From a virus (lineage: Duplodnaviria; Caudoviricetes), in IMG/VR virus record IMGVR_UViG_3300043010_000145: DNA of 64,000 bases; one strand, 5' to 3'. Each line of letters starts with the position of its first letter. Positions within the stretch are counted from its first letter, which is position 1. The notes under the pieces were generated by a model. The model was not told the origin of the DNA. It did no database searches and saw only the letters and a list, made by a program, of their open reading frames with translations. Positions 29,139 to 39,204 of this stretch are shown here, piece by piece. The position numbers and the translations under genes were made by a program.

Positions 29139-30677
29139 ATGGCAATACATTTCTACAAAGGACACTTAACAGGCGATTACTTAGATGATGCTCTTTGCGA
29201 TAGGCTCCTTAAAATTCAACAGCTTTCCGAAGAAGGTGTTTCATTTGAAGCATTAAGGCATATCATATATGATTTAACACCAGAGCATATTGCACAAGTC
29301 ATGCAAACCAAAGAACCAATTTCACCCGAAACACTTGCACCCGAAGAAACTGGAACATTGACCTCTTTACAAACCGTTGGTGTTGCCTATATGTATCTTG
29401 CCAAGCGATTACTCTTAGCCGATTCCGTTGGTTTTGGTAAAACTCCGCAAGTTGCTGGTTTAATCAGATATATGCAAGAATTATCCCCAGATAAACAACC
29501 GCCCCGTTTTCTATATTGCACAAAAGCTAGTCTAATCGACAAAGACCACAGCGAGTTAATTCGCTTCACCAACTTACCCGTTCAACTATTACACGGTACA
29601 ACAAGTAAGCTAAAAAAAGAACTTGCTAAAAATCCAGATAGTTCCTATGTTGCACCGCATTCCATTATAAAAAATGCCACATTTCAAGAATGGCTGCTCC
29701 TTCACCCAGATGTTTTCGATATTATTGTTATAGATGAATCTGGTGCAGTTGGAACGGCTGGCACAACAGATTTCACCAAACCCGCTCAGCGAATTTGCAG
29801 TATGTCAGACCGAGTGATTTTGTTAAATGCCACACCATTCGAGTGTCGCTTAGATTCCTTTTGGAGTCAGCTCAATCTTGTAGACCCTACATTATTGCCT
29901 TCCCGTACAGAATTCCGCAGAATGTTCCAGCAGCAAGAATTTGACGGGTACTCTTGGCATTTCGTAGAAAAATACAAAAACCCCGCAGAGTTTAAAGAAG
30001 CAATACAACTTCGCTTTTTATCTCGCAAACGAATTACAACAGGCGGAACTATGACAAACTGTTCCGCAGAACTGATTACCCTAGGTAAGTCTGCTATACA
30101 AAAGAAGCTTGATGCCCTAACTACACAACATCAGCTTGTCTATGATTGTCCGAGCTTGATTGACAAAGATATTGATACCGATGTATCTACAACACCAAAA
30201 CTAGCCAAAACATTGGAACTTGTGCAATCACACCCAGATGAGCCAAGAATTCTAATTTATTGCCCGTATATCGAAGCACAAGCAGCTATACAACAGACTT
30301 TACAGCAATATGGATACAATACTCTTATTTTAAACGGACAAACTAAGCAAGATGACCGCTTAGCCATTACACAGCAGTTTACAAACAATGAAAAGCAAAT
30401 TCTCATAACCAATGTTATGGAGGGTATGAACCTAGGTAATTGCCACATGCTCATTTACTACACCTTATGCCCTAGTGCCAGCAAAATCGTGCAAGTGGAA
30501 GGTCGTATTACTCGTGAGCAAAATATCCAAGACAAACATGTTTATGTTTTAGCTACAAAAGGTAGAGAAATTAGCTATATACATAAAACGATAGCAAACA
30601 GAGCACGAGCTATGCAAGAGTTCCAAGGCAGAGATTTTAGCATGGTGCTTGACTTGTTAGAACAGGCGGGAGTTTAA
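29139..30677 (+). CDS. SNF2-like SF2 helicase/ATPase
   Basis: LADSVGFGKT (Walker A), VIDES, NATP, EGMNL, QVEGRITR. Confidence 0.85.
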   Translation: MAIHFYKGHLTGDYLDDALCDRLLKIQQLSEEGVSFEALRHIIYDLTPEHIAQVMQTKEPISPETLAPEETGTLTSLQTVGVAYMYLAKRLLLADSVGFGKTPQVAGLIRYMQELSPDKQPPRFLYCTKASLIDKDHSELIRFTNLPVQLLHGTTSKLKKELAKNPDSSYVAPHSIIKNATFQEWLLLHPDVFDIIVIDESGAVGTAGTTDFTKPAQRICSMSDRVILLNATPFECRLDSFWSQLNLVDPTLLPSRTEFRRMFQQQEFDGYSWHFVEKYKNPAEFKEAIQLRFLSRKRITTGGTMTNCSAELITLGKSAIQKKLDALTTQHQLVYDCPSLIDKDIDTDVSTTPKLAKTLELVQSHPDEPRILIYCPYIEAQAAIQQTLQQYGYNTLILNGQTKQDDRLAITQQFTNNEKQILITNVMEGMNLGNCHMLIYYTLCPSASKIVQVEGRITREQNIQDKHVYVLATKGREISYIHKTIANRARAMQEFQGRDFSMVLDLLEQAGV

Positions 30678-30681
30678 TTCT

Positions 30682-32064
30682 ATGGCAACAATTTTACAAT
30701 GGTTACACAAAGATGATGTGTGTACCACAATACAGCTAACCGATGACGGTATGGTGCAGTTCGAGAACCATACATCAGACCCTTTTCTTTGTGCATTTGG
30801 CACATTGCCAAGTCCAGTGGATTTTGGCGAATTTGATGCTTTACTCAAAACAAGATTTTGCCCGAAACGTGGCAAGTATGCCGATTATATGCTTGCTAAA
30901 AATTTAGGCATTGATAAAGCCAAAGTAGGCGAGCAGTTAGTTGATATCAATCATGGTATGGTTATTGATGACTTTTTCTGGTTAAAAGCACCAGAAGAAA
31001 ATCTGACATTTGCACAAGTTCGTTCCAAACTAGGTATATCAGGCAAAAAAACGAGTTGGCAGAATCTATCAACAAAACCACTTCGGACTGACAATTTTTA
31101 TTCTAAGCTGGCTGTTACAACCAAAGCAAGCCAAGTGAAATATGCCAAAAATGGCTGGTTGATTAAAAGAGATACTTATGCTTGCGAGGGCTTGTGCGAA
31201 GCTTTAAATTACTTAATCAGTCGGTATGTCAAGGATTTAGATATTTTAGAGTATCGTTTACTTCCGCAAGAAGTGGAAGGCAGAGGAGTTTGTGCTTCAC
31301 CAATTTTTACAGACAGTAACGATATTGAGATTTTTACACAATGGGATATTATACAAAAGTTTGATTTATATCCTGTTTTGTCTATGTATCAGGATAATGG
31401 TGCAGAATTGCTTGCTCAAACTATTGCTATGACAAGCGATATATTGGGTATCACTACTCACGATTATATTCACCGTATGCTTATGTGGGATGCCCTCACG
31501 ATGAATTTAGACAGACATTACAATAATTGGGGTTTTGGTAGGCGACAAGACGGTACATTTTGCTATATACCATATTATGACCAAGGTTTAACATTACACG
31601 GTTATTCTTTGTTGGGTATACAGAAAGGTGTAAAAGAGTGTGTGTACGATGCTAGACCTCGTATGTATGCAGCCAGTTTTGATGACTTAGCTTTAATGCT
31701 AGATTCTTCTTTAATTTTGCAGATTGACCTTGACGGACTGGTTGGGTGCTTAAAACGGCAGCACAAGAAATTCCGTAAAATTGGCGGGGTTTTATACGAG
31801 GAATATGTTGTACTAGAAAATTTCTTATATAAACGACTTCGTAATACAGAAGGCACGATTTGGAAAGAAAATCCTGAAAAACCGTCCACTGCAAAGTATA
31901 GGAAGTATTTCGAGCAACATGCTGATTCTTTACCAGATAGCTGTGTGCCAGAACAAAGACATCTGTTGGGTACGGACACTTCTAACACATTAGCCGAAGA
32001 AGTTTATGGTAATCATTATTGCCACGAAGGTGAAAGTATCACAGTTGAGGAAATTGATTACTAA
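30682..32064 (+). CDS. HipA/CtkA-like kinase
   Basis: DALTMNLDRHYNNW and PYYDQG catalytic motifs. Confidence 0.7.
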   Translation: MATILQWLHKDDVCTTIQLTDDGMVQFENHTSDPFLCAFGTLPSPVDFGEFDALLKTRFCPKRGKYADYMLAKNLGIDKAKVGEQLVDINHGMVIDDFFWLKAPEENLTFAQVRSKLGISGKKTSWQNLSTKPLRTDNFYSKLAVTTKASQVKYAKNGWLIKRDTYACEGLCEALNYLISRYVKDLDILEYRLLPQEVEGRGVCASPIFTDSNDIEIFTQWDIIQKFDLYPVLSMYQDNGAELLAQTIAMTSDILGITTHDYIHRMLMWDALTMNLDRHYNNWGFGRRQDGTFCYIPYYDQGLTLHGYSLLGIQKGVKECVYDARPRMYAASFDDLALMLDSSLILQIDLDGLVGCLKRQHKKFRKIGGVLYEEYVVLENFLYKRLRNTEGTIWKENPEKPSTAKYRKYFEQHADSLPDSCVPEQRHLLGTDTSNTLAEEVYGNHYCHEGESITVEEIDY

Positions 32065-32117
32065 AATTGGTATAGAATATATAAGGTTGGCAACCTTGCC
32101 AACCTTTCTTTTTATCA

Positions 32118-32480
32118 ATGAAAGGATTGATTACATCTATGACCGACTACCCCAGTGGGCAGCCAATACAACACACGAACCTTGTGAAAGGTGAAATATA
32201 CACAACAAAATATGGCTTGATACAGTATCTACAATCTACTAGCAAAGGATTTACATATAAAGCAACCTCTTATACAAATCCGCATAGTCCTAGAACTCTG
32301 CCACGAGATACTGTCTTTTTACCAGCTTTGATACCACACCAAAGTTACACCATAGGTAATAATCTTGTTGTAACTTTTGACGGCACAATATATCAGTCTA
32401 ACCAGACTCTATTCGTTTTTTCCAATCCTACTTATTATCAGGAGTATACTTTTGATGAGCTATTCTCTATCTTTTCTTAA
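32118..32480 (+). CDS. Hypothetical protein
   Basis: ORF; start may be 32139 after GAAAGGA. Confidence 0.55.
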   Translation: MKGLITSMTDYPSGQPIQHTNLVKGEIYTTKYGLIQYLQSTSKGFTYKATSYTNPHSPRTLPRDTVFLPALIPHQSYTIGNNLVVTFDGTIYQSNQTLFVFSNPTYYQEYTFDELFSIFS

Positions 32481-32529
32481 TTTTTACTTTACCAATTACC
32501 TATAATATGTGTAGAAAAGGAGGCTTGCT

Positions 32530-32919
32530 ATGAGCATAATTGATGATATTAAAGAGTTCCACCAAGTTTTCTTTACCGACCAGCTCCACGAGTTAGGTCT
32601 AGACCAGCCTGATGCAATCATCTCTAAATACCCACAACAGCAACAAAATACCGAATCCGTATCCATGCAAGCCACACCTGAGCAAATGCAACAGCCACAG
32701 CGGCAAGCTATGAATGGATATAATCAAATGCAACAGCAGATGCCTATGCAATCTGCATATAGCACTATGGGCAGTATGTCTATGGGAGGAATTGGTGGCG
32801 GTGGCTTTAATTCCATGGGTTCTATGGGAAGCGGTAGCCTAGGCGGGCAGTACTCTATACCAGATTCTGGGGGGTATTCCCTTGCAGATATTGATTTTGG
32901 TGATGATGACGATTTTTAG
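32530..32919 (+). CDS. Gln/Met/Gly-rich low-complexity protein with acidic-aromatic tail
   Basis: AAGGAGG RBS; ends DIDFGDDDDF. Confidence 0.75.
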   Translation: MSIIDDIKEFHQVFFTDQLHELGLDQPDAIISKYPQQQQNTESVSMQATPEQMQQPQRQAMNGYNQMQQQMPMQSAYSTMGSMSMGGIGGGGFNSMGSMGSGSLGGQYSIPDSGGYSLADIDFGDDDDF

Positions 32920-33005
32920 ATATATCTGATTATTTATGCTATAATTTGGTTAGAGAGTAATACAAGTTTAAGTATATCAAATTTATGCGGTGTAGCTTAA
33001 TGACA

Positions 33006-33198
33006 ATGGTGCGAACCTTTGACACACATAAAATTGTGGGAGGTTCGCACCTATTTTTAGTTAGATGATGACAGTATTTGTGTTTAATTGGAATGAGCAA
33101 CAGGTTTTGTTGGTTTTTGTGGAGTGGTATGCTACAATAAAAATGTAAAAAGAAACAGATTTGAGAGAAAATGCTATTATTTTTGTATTCTTTTTACT
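33006..33198 (+). promoter_or_regulatory. CRISPR leader 1
   Basis: GGTGCGAACC...GGTTCGCACC inverted repeat; homologous to leader 2. Confidence 0.85.
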
Positions 33199-34254
33199 GT
33201 TGCACTCCATACGGAGTGCGTGGATTGAAATCTTGGATTTTTTGCAATTCTAACAAGTCAGCCAGCAGGTTGCACTCCATACGGAGTGCGTGGATTGAAA
33301 TTTCATTACTTTTAGTAATATCTTCTGTAATAGCCAGTTGCACTCCATACGGAGTGCGTGGATTGAAATTTCTGTATCTTTGTCTTTGTCTTTGTCTGCT
33401 TCTACGAGTTGCACTCCATACGGAGTGCGTGGATTGAAATATAAATTGGAGCATAATCATAGGACATGCCCGACGTTGCACTCCATACGGAGTGCGTGGA
33501 TTGAAATGCAATACAACAGATAGGAATAGGCATAGCCTACATGTTGCACTCCATACGGAGTGCGTGGATTGAAATATAAGATTTTTTTCACGGACCAGCT
33601 CCACGAGTTGTTGCACTCCATACGGAGTGCGTGGATTGAAATATTATCAGGTTCGAAGGTGCAAGTATACCCATAGGTTGCACTCCATACGGAGTACGTG
33701 GATTGAAATTTCTATACCTAGTATGTCAAAGATACAGGTACAGTAGTTGCACTCCATACGGAGTGCGTGGATTGAAATATCGAAATATATCTGCCTTGAT
33801 ACATGCCGATTTTGTTGCACTCCATACGGAGTGCGTGGATTGAAATGAATTACTAATGCAATAAATGCTAGTAAAATCAGGTTGCACTCCATACGGAGTG
33901 TGTGGATTGAAATTCCACTCTGTGTGCTCAATGCTTACTGTATCGCCGTTGCACTCCATACGGAGTGCGTGGGTTGAAATATCTGCACCAAGCAAAACAT
34001 AGCACAAATCTTTATGTTGCACTCCATACGGAGTGCATGGATTGAAATTATCATTAATATTGTATAATTGAAGCCATGTTTTTTCCGTTGAACTCAATAC
34101 GGAGTTCATAGAGTTCATGGATTGAAATAATACATACAGCCTTACAGCAATGTTGCACTCCATACGGAGTGCGGGGATTGAAACGAAAGTGCCAGTGATG
34201 GATTACAAAATAACATATAGTTGTACTCCTTACGAGTGTGTGGGTTATCTAAAT
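33199..34254 (+). CRISPR. Type I-C array 1: 16 repeats (trailer repeats degenerate), 15 spacers
   Basis: 33-bp repeat GTTGCACTCCATACGGAGTGCGTGGATTGAAAT; spacers 34-38 nt, one of 23 nt. Confidence 0.98.
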
Positions 34255-34279
34255 CAAAAAGAAAGGGTGGAATACTGCT

Positions 34280-36469
34280 TTGCCAAACCAATCTAAAAAA
34301 TATATTGCACATAAGCGAGCAGACGGCACAGAGCAGTCGCTCGAAACACATCTGCAAAATGTAGCTGATAAAACAAGTTTCTTTTCTGCCCAATTCGGTT
34401 GCCCAACTTGTGGTTCTGTAATTGGTTATAGACATGATGCAGGTAAGTATTCCGCTGAATTTCAGACACGAATAAAAGAACATGGACCAAAGGTAGACCA
34501 TTCTACTTTTGGTGCAATTGGTTTAAAAAACCTACCCGGCTTACGAATGTTTTTGGGTATGCCTATTGCTTGTCATCATACAGGCTTGATTAACACGATG
34601 TTATCCGATAATTCAACTACTCCTAAAACATTTCAAGAGCGAATGAGTGATACTTATGTGATACCTTCCGTGTCCGTGGATTTGCCTAGTATTAAACAAG
34701 GTGATAAAACCTTCAATGCTTGTGTACAAGAGAGAAATAGCAAAATAGCAAATGTTAAAGATACGTTTGCCTATTCTTTTTACATTCGTATGTTATTATC
34801 TTGCCTTGTCGATGCCGATTACTTGGACACAGAAGCTTTTATGACCAATAATCGTGTACAGCGAGGGTATAACATATCTATGCTCAATCTACGAGATAGG
34901 TTAAACGATTATATTAAACCTTGGTTGTCTAATACAGATTTAACTACTGTTGGTGGTCATCGTACACAGATATTAAAAGAATGTATTACATCAGGTACAA
35001 ATAGCGAGCAAGGTTTGTTTACTCTTACAGTACCAACAGGTGGAGGTAAAACGGTATCCTCGTTGGCTTTTGCTTTAAATCATGCTATTGCAAATAAGCT
35101 AGACCGTATCATTTATGTCATACCTTACACAAGTATTATTGAGCAAAATGCACAAGTTTTTAGGAATATTTTAGGTGAAGACATTGTTCTAGAACATCAT
35201 TCCTCAGCCGATTTTGATGATAAAGAGGGTATTGATGAATATAGACTGAAATTAGCAACAGAAAATTGGGATATACCCGTAATTGTTACAACAAGTGTAC
35301 AATTTTTTACATCTTTTTATGCAACAAAAACATCTAAAGTACGAAAGTTGCATAATGTAGCAAATAGTGTGGTGATTTTCGATGAAGTGCAAATGTTGCC
35401 TAGACATATTTTATTACCATGCTTGAAAGTAATAAATACTTTGGTATCATTTTATAATACTACGACTATTTTATGTACTGCTACACAGCCTGCTTTTAAT
35501 ACATTAGGCATTTGGGACAAGCAACCTATGGAAATATGTCATACAGTCAACGAGCAATTTGCTTATTTTGACCGTGTAACTTATGAATATCTAGGCGATA
35601 ACTTGGCAACGGATACCTTTTATGACAAACTCATTACCTCTTATAATACTTATAAACAAGTACTTTGTATTGTAGACAGTAAGCAGAGGGCACAAAAGAT
35701 ATTTGATACTTTGCAAGATAAAGGCCTTACTGTTATGCATTTATCCGCATCTATGACACCATATCACCGCAAGCGAGCTGTTAAGCAAATTAAAGATATG
35801 CTCGCAAATAATGTGCCTGTCATTGTTGTGGCAACAACAGTTGTTGAGGCTGGTGTAGATTTAGATTTCCCTATTGTGTATAGACAAATAGCTGGCATGG
35901 ATTCAATTATACAGGCTGCTGGCCGTTGTAACCGCAACGGAAATCGTTCTAAACTGGATAGTTTTGTATATATTTTTGATTTTGCACAAAATAAGAGTTG
36001 GCTGAAGAGACAAGTAGAATATGTGGAAACACTTAAATATTTGCAGATAGACGTGAATCTTTTAAAAGACATAAATGCTTTGCAAAAGTATTTTTCTGAG
36101 TTGTATAATTTAGCCCAAGGTGGAGGTGGCCATAACAGTTTAGACGACAATGGTGTATTAGATTGTTTCTCTAAATTTACTCCCCAGTACATTGATGCAA
36201 GTGCTAAATTCGATTTTTTTGACACGGAAAATGGTGGTTTAACTTTATATATAGATTACGATTTGTATACTAGTATTGCTAGTAAGGAAATTGTTACAAA
36301 TGCGGATTATCGGGTATTAAGTCAGCATGCTGTATCTATAACAAAGCAGCGAGCTAGTGAATTACAAAATGATAATATCATATTACCAGCTTTTGGTACG
36401 GACTATTGTTTTGTATTGATTAACCCAGAATATTATGATACCAAATATAAAGGGTTATTATACCAATAA
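34280..36469 (+). CDS. cas3: CRISPR-associated helicase/nuclease Cas3
   Basis: HD domain (HDAGK, HH, DADYLDT), VPTGGGKT, DEVQ, TAT, QAAGRCNR. Confidence 0.95.
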   Translation: MPNQSKKYIAHKRADGTEQSLETHLQNVADKTSFFSAQFGCPTCGSVIGYRHDAGKYSAEFQTRIKEHGPKVDHSTFGAIGLKNLPGLRMFLGMPIACHHTGLINTMLSDNSTTPKTFQERMSDTYVIPSVSVDLPSIKQGDKTFNACVQERNSKIANVKDTFAYSFYIRMLLSCLVDADYLDTEAFMTNNRVQRGYNISMLNLRDRLNDYIKPWLSNTDLTTVGGHRTQILKECITSGTNSEQGLFTLTVPTGGGKTVSSLAFALNHAIANKLDRIIYVIPYTSIIEQNAQVFRNILGEDIVLEHHSSADFDDKEGIDEYRLKLATENWDIPVIVTTSVQFFTSFYATKTSKVRKLHNVANSVVIFDEVQMLPRHILLPCLKVINTLVSFYNTTTILCTATQPAFNTLGIWDKQPMEICHTVNEQFAYFDRVTYEYLGDNLATDTFYDKLITSYNTYKQVLCIVDSKQRAQKIFDTLQDKGLTVMHLSASMTPYHRKRAVKQIKDMLANNVPVIVVATTVVEAGVDLDFPIVYRQIAGMDSIIQAAGRCNRNGNRSKLDSFVYIFDFAQNKSWLKRQVEYVETLKYLQIDVNLLKDINALQKYFSELYNLAQGGGGHNSLDDNGVLDCFSKFTPQYIDASAKFDFFDTENGGLTLYIDYDLYTSIASKEIVTNADYRVLSQHAVSITKQRASELQNDNIILPAFGTDYCFVLINPEYYDTKYKGLLYQ

Positions 36470-36498
36470 AACTGTGGGGTTTTATCCCACAGTTTTTT
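36468..36498 (+). terminator. Terminator-like hairpin after cas3
   Basis: AAAACTGTGGG/CCCACAGTTTT plus T run; TTGTAT-17-TATACT promoter follows. Confidence 0.6.
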
Positions 36499-36603
36499 AT
36501 TTAGAAGCAAAGTTTTTTTGTATTCCCACATTCTATGTTGTATACTGAGTTTGTAAATAAAAGCGAGTGCTTTTACTGCTTTTACACGGAAAGGGGCAAA
36601 TAT

Positions 36604-37278
36604 ATGGGAAAAGGTATAATCTTGCACGTCTGGGGAGACGGTGCTGTTTATAGCAGACCAGAGTTGAAAGTCGAACGATACAGTTATGATGTTATAACAC
36701 CATCTGCAGCAAGAGGTATTTTAGATAGTATATTGTGGCATCCCGGTATGGAATGGGTTATTGATAAAATACATGTTATCAAACCAATACAAAGGGCAAG
36801 TATACAGCGGCGAGAATTGAAAAAGGTAATATCTAGTCGAAATGCGGCCAATATGCAAGATATTAGTATTTTAACATCTGATACAAGCAATAGTACTCTA
36901 CGATATACATCTTATTTGAAGCAAGTTGAGTATGTCATTGAAGCACATTTTATTATGACACCGCAAGCACACCCAAGCGATTATGACGGTAAATTCTATA
37001 AAATGGCAATCCGGCGAATGAGTAACGGGCAATGCTACAAGCAGCCATATTTTGGTTGCAGAGAATTCCCTGTCCATTTTGAACTTTTACGAAGTCCAGA
37101 AGATATACCAAAGTCTTATTATGCCAATACGGACACATATGATTTAGGTGTTATGCTTTACGATATGGATTATCAGTACAATAAGCCAAGCACAGTTAGA
37201 AAGATATCACCCATATGGTATCATGCTATTATGCACAAAGGTGTTATTGATTTAACAAATGTGGAGTTATTACGATGA
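36604..37278 (+). CDS. cas5c: Type I-C Cas5 (Cas5c/Cas5d)
   Basis: RPELKVERYSYDVITPSAARGIL...PYFGCREF. Confidence 0.95.
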   Translation: MGKGIILHVWGDGAVYSRPELKVERYSYDVITPSAARGILDSILWHPGMEWVIDKIHVIKPIQRASIQRRELKKVISSRNAANMQDISILTSDTSNSTLRYTSYLKQVEYVIEAHFIMTPQAHPSDYDGKFYKMAIRRMSNGQCYKQPYFGCREFPVHFELLRSPEDIPKSYYANTDTYDLGVMLYDMDYQYNKPSTVRKISPIWYHAIMHKGVIDLTNVELLR

Positions 37279-39203
37279 TATTACAGGATTTAGTAGCATG
37301 CTACGATATGTTGGCAGAAGATGAAACAGTACAAATACCAAAGATGGGCTATTCTTTTAGCCCAGTAGACTGGTGTTTAGTAGTTAATGACCAAGGCGAT
37401 TTAGTGGGTATGTATACCTGTGAAAGTACAACAGGTGTTACACCTAGTAAGGACCAACCAAAATCTGAATCTAAATCAAAAGCTAAGAAGCAGAAAACAC
37501 TCCGAAAAACTATGCTTGTACCTATTTTACCACCTCGTACAAGGAATGTAGATGCAGGAGTATTATATGATAATTTAGAATATATGTTGGGTTATAATAG
37601 CTTAGGTTATACGGGCACGACAGTAGAAAAGTATGTAAATTTTAGAGATAAAAATACGGAATTTCTAAAAGATATTGATACACCCGCAGCCAAAGCTGTT
37701 GTGAATTTCTATGCAAATTGGTCTCCACAGAATATTTCTAATCATTCTATTATTTCTGAACTTGGACAAGTACAAAAAATAGATGGTAAACAAATGGCTG
37801 TTTTTGTTTACGAGGGCACAGGCGAGTATGTGCTGCAAGATGAAGAAATCAAAGCAAAATGTGATAGTACTTGTGCAAAAAGGTATGCAAAAGATTTCAT
37901 AAAGCAAACAGATGAAACTCAATCTGCCATATCTTTGGTTTCTGGCGATAAAGTTGATGCCACTTGCTATAAGCATACTCAGATTAAAGGATTGCATAAT
38001 TCTCAGCCTAGCGGTGCCTCTTTGGTATCCTTTAATGCAGACTCTTTTTGTTCTTACGGTTTAGAGCAGTCCTATAATGCACCTGTCGGTGTCATTGATA
38101 TGTATAAATATACAACAGCTCTTAATTATCTTATAAAAGCTGGTAGCGGATATAATCGAAGAATTGATGATACAACCACAATTGTGTATTGGTCTGCTGA
38201 TAAAAGTGTGAACGATATAGATTCAGACCTATTCAATACTGATAGTGCAAAGTTGACAGAAGTATTGCATTTATTACAAGGCAATACAACTACTATTACT
38301 GATAAACATCTGCAAGTAGATTTATCTGCACCTTATTTTATTGCTTTTTTTAAGCTAAATCATGGTGCAAGGATATATGTTGAGCGGTATATCACAACCA
38401 ATGTGGGCAATTTGTTGCAAGGTTCGTATAACCACTATAAGCGATTAGAGATGTTTAGAGCATCCTATGAATCAGCAAGCGGGGTAGCACCCTATCATAT
38501 TTTGCAACAAACACTTCGAGAAGCAGATAGAAAAGGTGAAACTTATTCTGGCAAGTTTGAGGGTAGTATACTATCTGATTTATATATGTCTATTGTAACA
38601 GATACACCTTATCCACAGGCTCTTGCTGATAGTATTATGAATCGTATAAGTAAGTCTATGCAAGATGATTACCAGATAAATTATACAAATATGTCTTTTT
38701 TGAAGGCGTATTTGATTAAGAATAAAAATCTACAAGGAGGAGAAAAATATATGGCATTAAATGAAGAATCTGAGAATACAATGTATAATATTGGTCGTCT
38801 AATTGCAGTTTGTGATTATGCACAAACCATTTATAGTAATGATAAGAGGACTAGACCAATTCGCAAAAAATATCTTGTAGGTGTAACGGAACACCCATCA
38901 AGCTTGTTACCGCAGCTCTTAGCAAAACACAATGTGTATGTAACAGCCCTCCTTGCCAAAGATACCGAAAAAAAGCATACAGGCACTTTCCTTGATAGAT
39001 GTACAGCAGATATTTTAGCAAAAATTGATAATGTGCCTGCAACTACAAAGCAAGAGGACCAGATGATGTGCTATTTAGGGTATTATCATCAGTTAAAAAA
39101 GTTCTATACAAAAAAAACTGATAAAGATACCGTAGATAAAGATACAATTGATGTCAATACAGATATGCAGTCCAATACAGAAACAACAGAAGGAGATGAC
39201 TAG
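37275..39203 (+). CDS. cas8c: Type I-C Cas8c/Csd1
   Basis: MILQDL start, LVSFN..SF.SYG..Q..NAP, LGYYHQ. Confidence 0.93.
   Translation: MILQDLVACYDMLAEDETVQIPKMGYSFSPVDWCLVVNDQGDLVGMYTCESTTGVTPSKDQPKSESKSKAKKQKTLRKTMLVPILPPRTRNVDAGVLYDNLEYMLGYNSLGYTGTTVEKYVNFRDKNTEFLKDIDTPAAKAVVNFYANWSPQNISNHSIISELGQVQKIDGKQMAVFVYEGTGEYVLQDEEIKAKCDSTCAKRYAKDFIKQTDETQSAISLVSGDKVDATCYKHTQIKGLHNSQPSGASLVSFNADSFCSYGLEQSYNAPVGVIDMYKYTTALNYLIKAGSGYNRRIDDTTTIVYWSADKSVNDIDSDLFNTDSAKLTEVLHLLQGNTTTITDKHLQVDLSAPYFIAFFKLNHGARIYVERYITTNVGNLLQGSYNHYKRLEMFRASYESASGVAPYHILQQTLREADRKGETYSGKFEGSILSDLYMSIVTDTPYPQALADSIMNRISKSMQDDYQINYTNMSFLKAYLIKNKNLQGGEKYMALNEESENTMYNIGRLIAVCDYAQTIYSNDKRTRPIRKKYLVGVTEHPSSLLPQLLAKHNVYVTALLAKDTEKKHTGTFLDRCTADILAKIDNVPATTKQEDQMMCYLGYYHQLKKFYTKKTDKDTVDKDTIDVNTDMQSNTETTEGDD
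38751..39203 (+). CDS. cas11: Internally translated Cas11 small subunit
   Basis: In-frame ATG (MALNEES..YNIGRL) preceded by AAGGAGG inside cas8c, as known for type I-C. Confidence 0.8.
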   Translation: MALNEESENTMYNIGRLIAVCDYAQTIYSNDKRTRPIRKKYLVGVTEHPSSLLPQLLAKHNVYVTALLAKDTEKKHTGTFLDRCTADILAKIDNVPATTKQEDQMMCYLGYYHQLKKFYTKKTDKDTVDKDTIDVNTDMQSNTETTEGDD

Positions 39204-39204
39204 T

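Noticed and set aside
33171-34163. ORFs spanning CRISPR array 1, and likewise 40218-41396 over array 2
   Set aside because: Translations of repeats (TPYGV, ALRMECN); not genes
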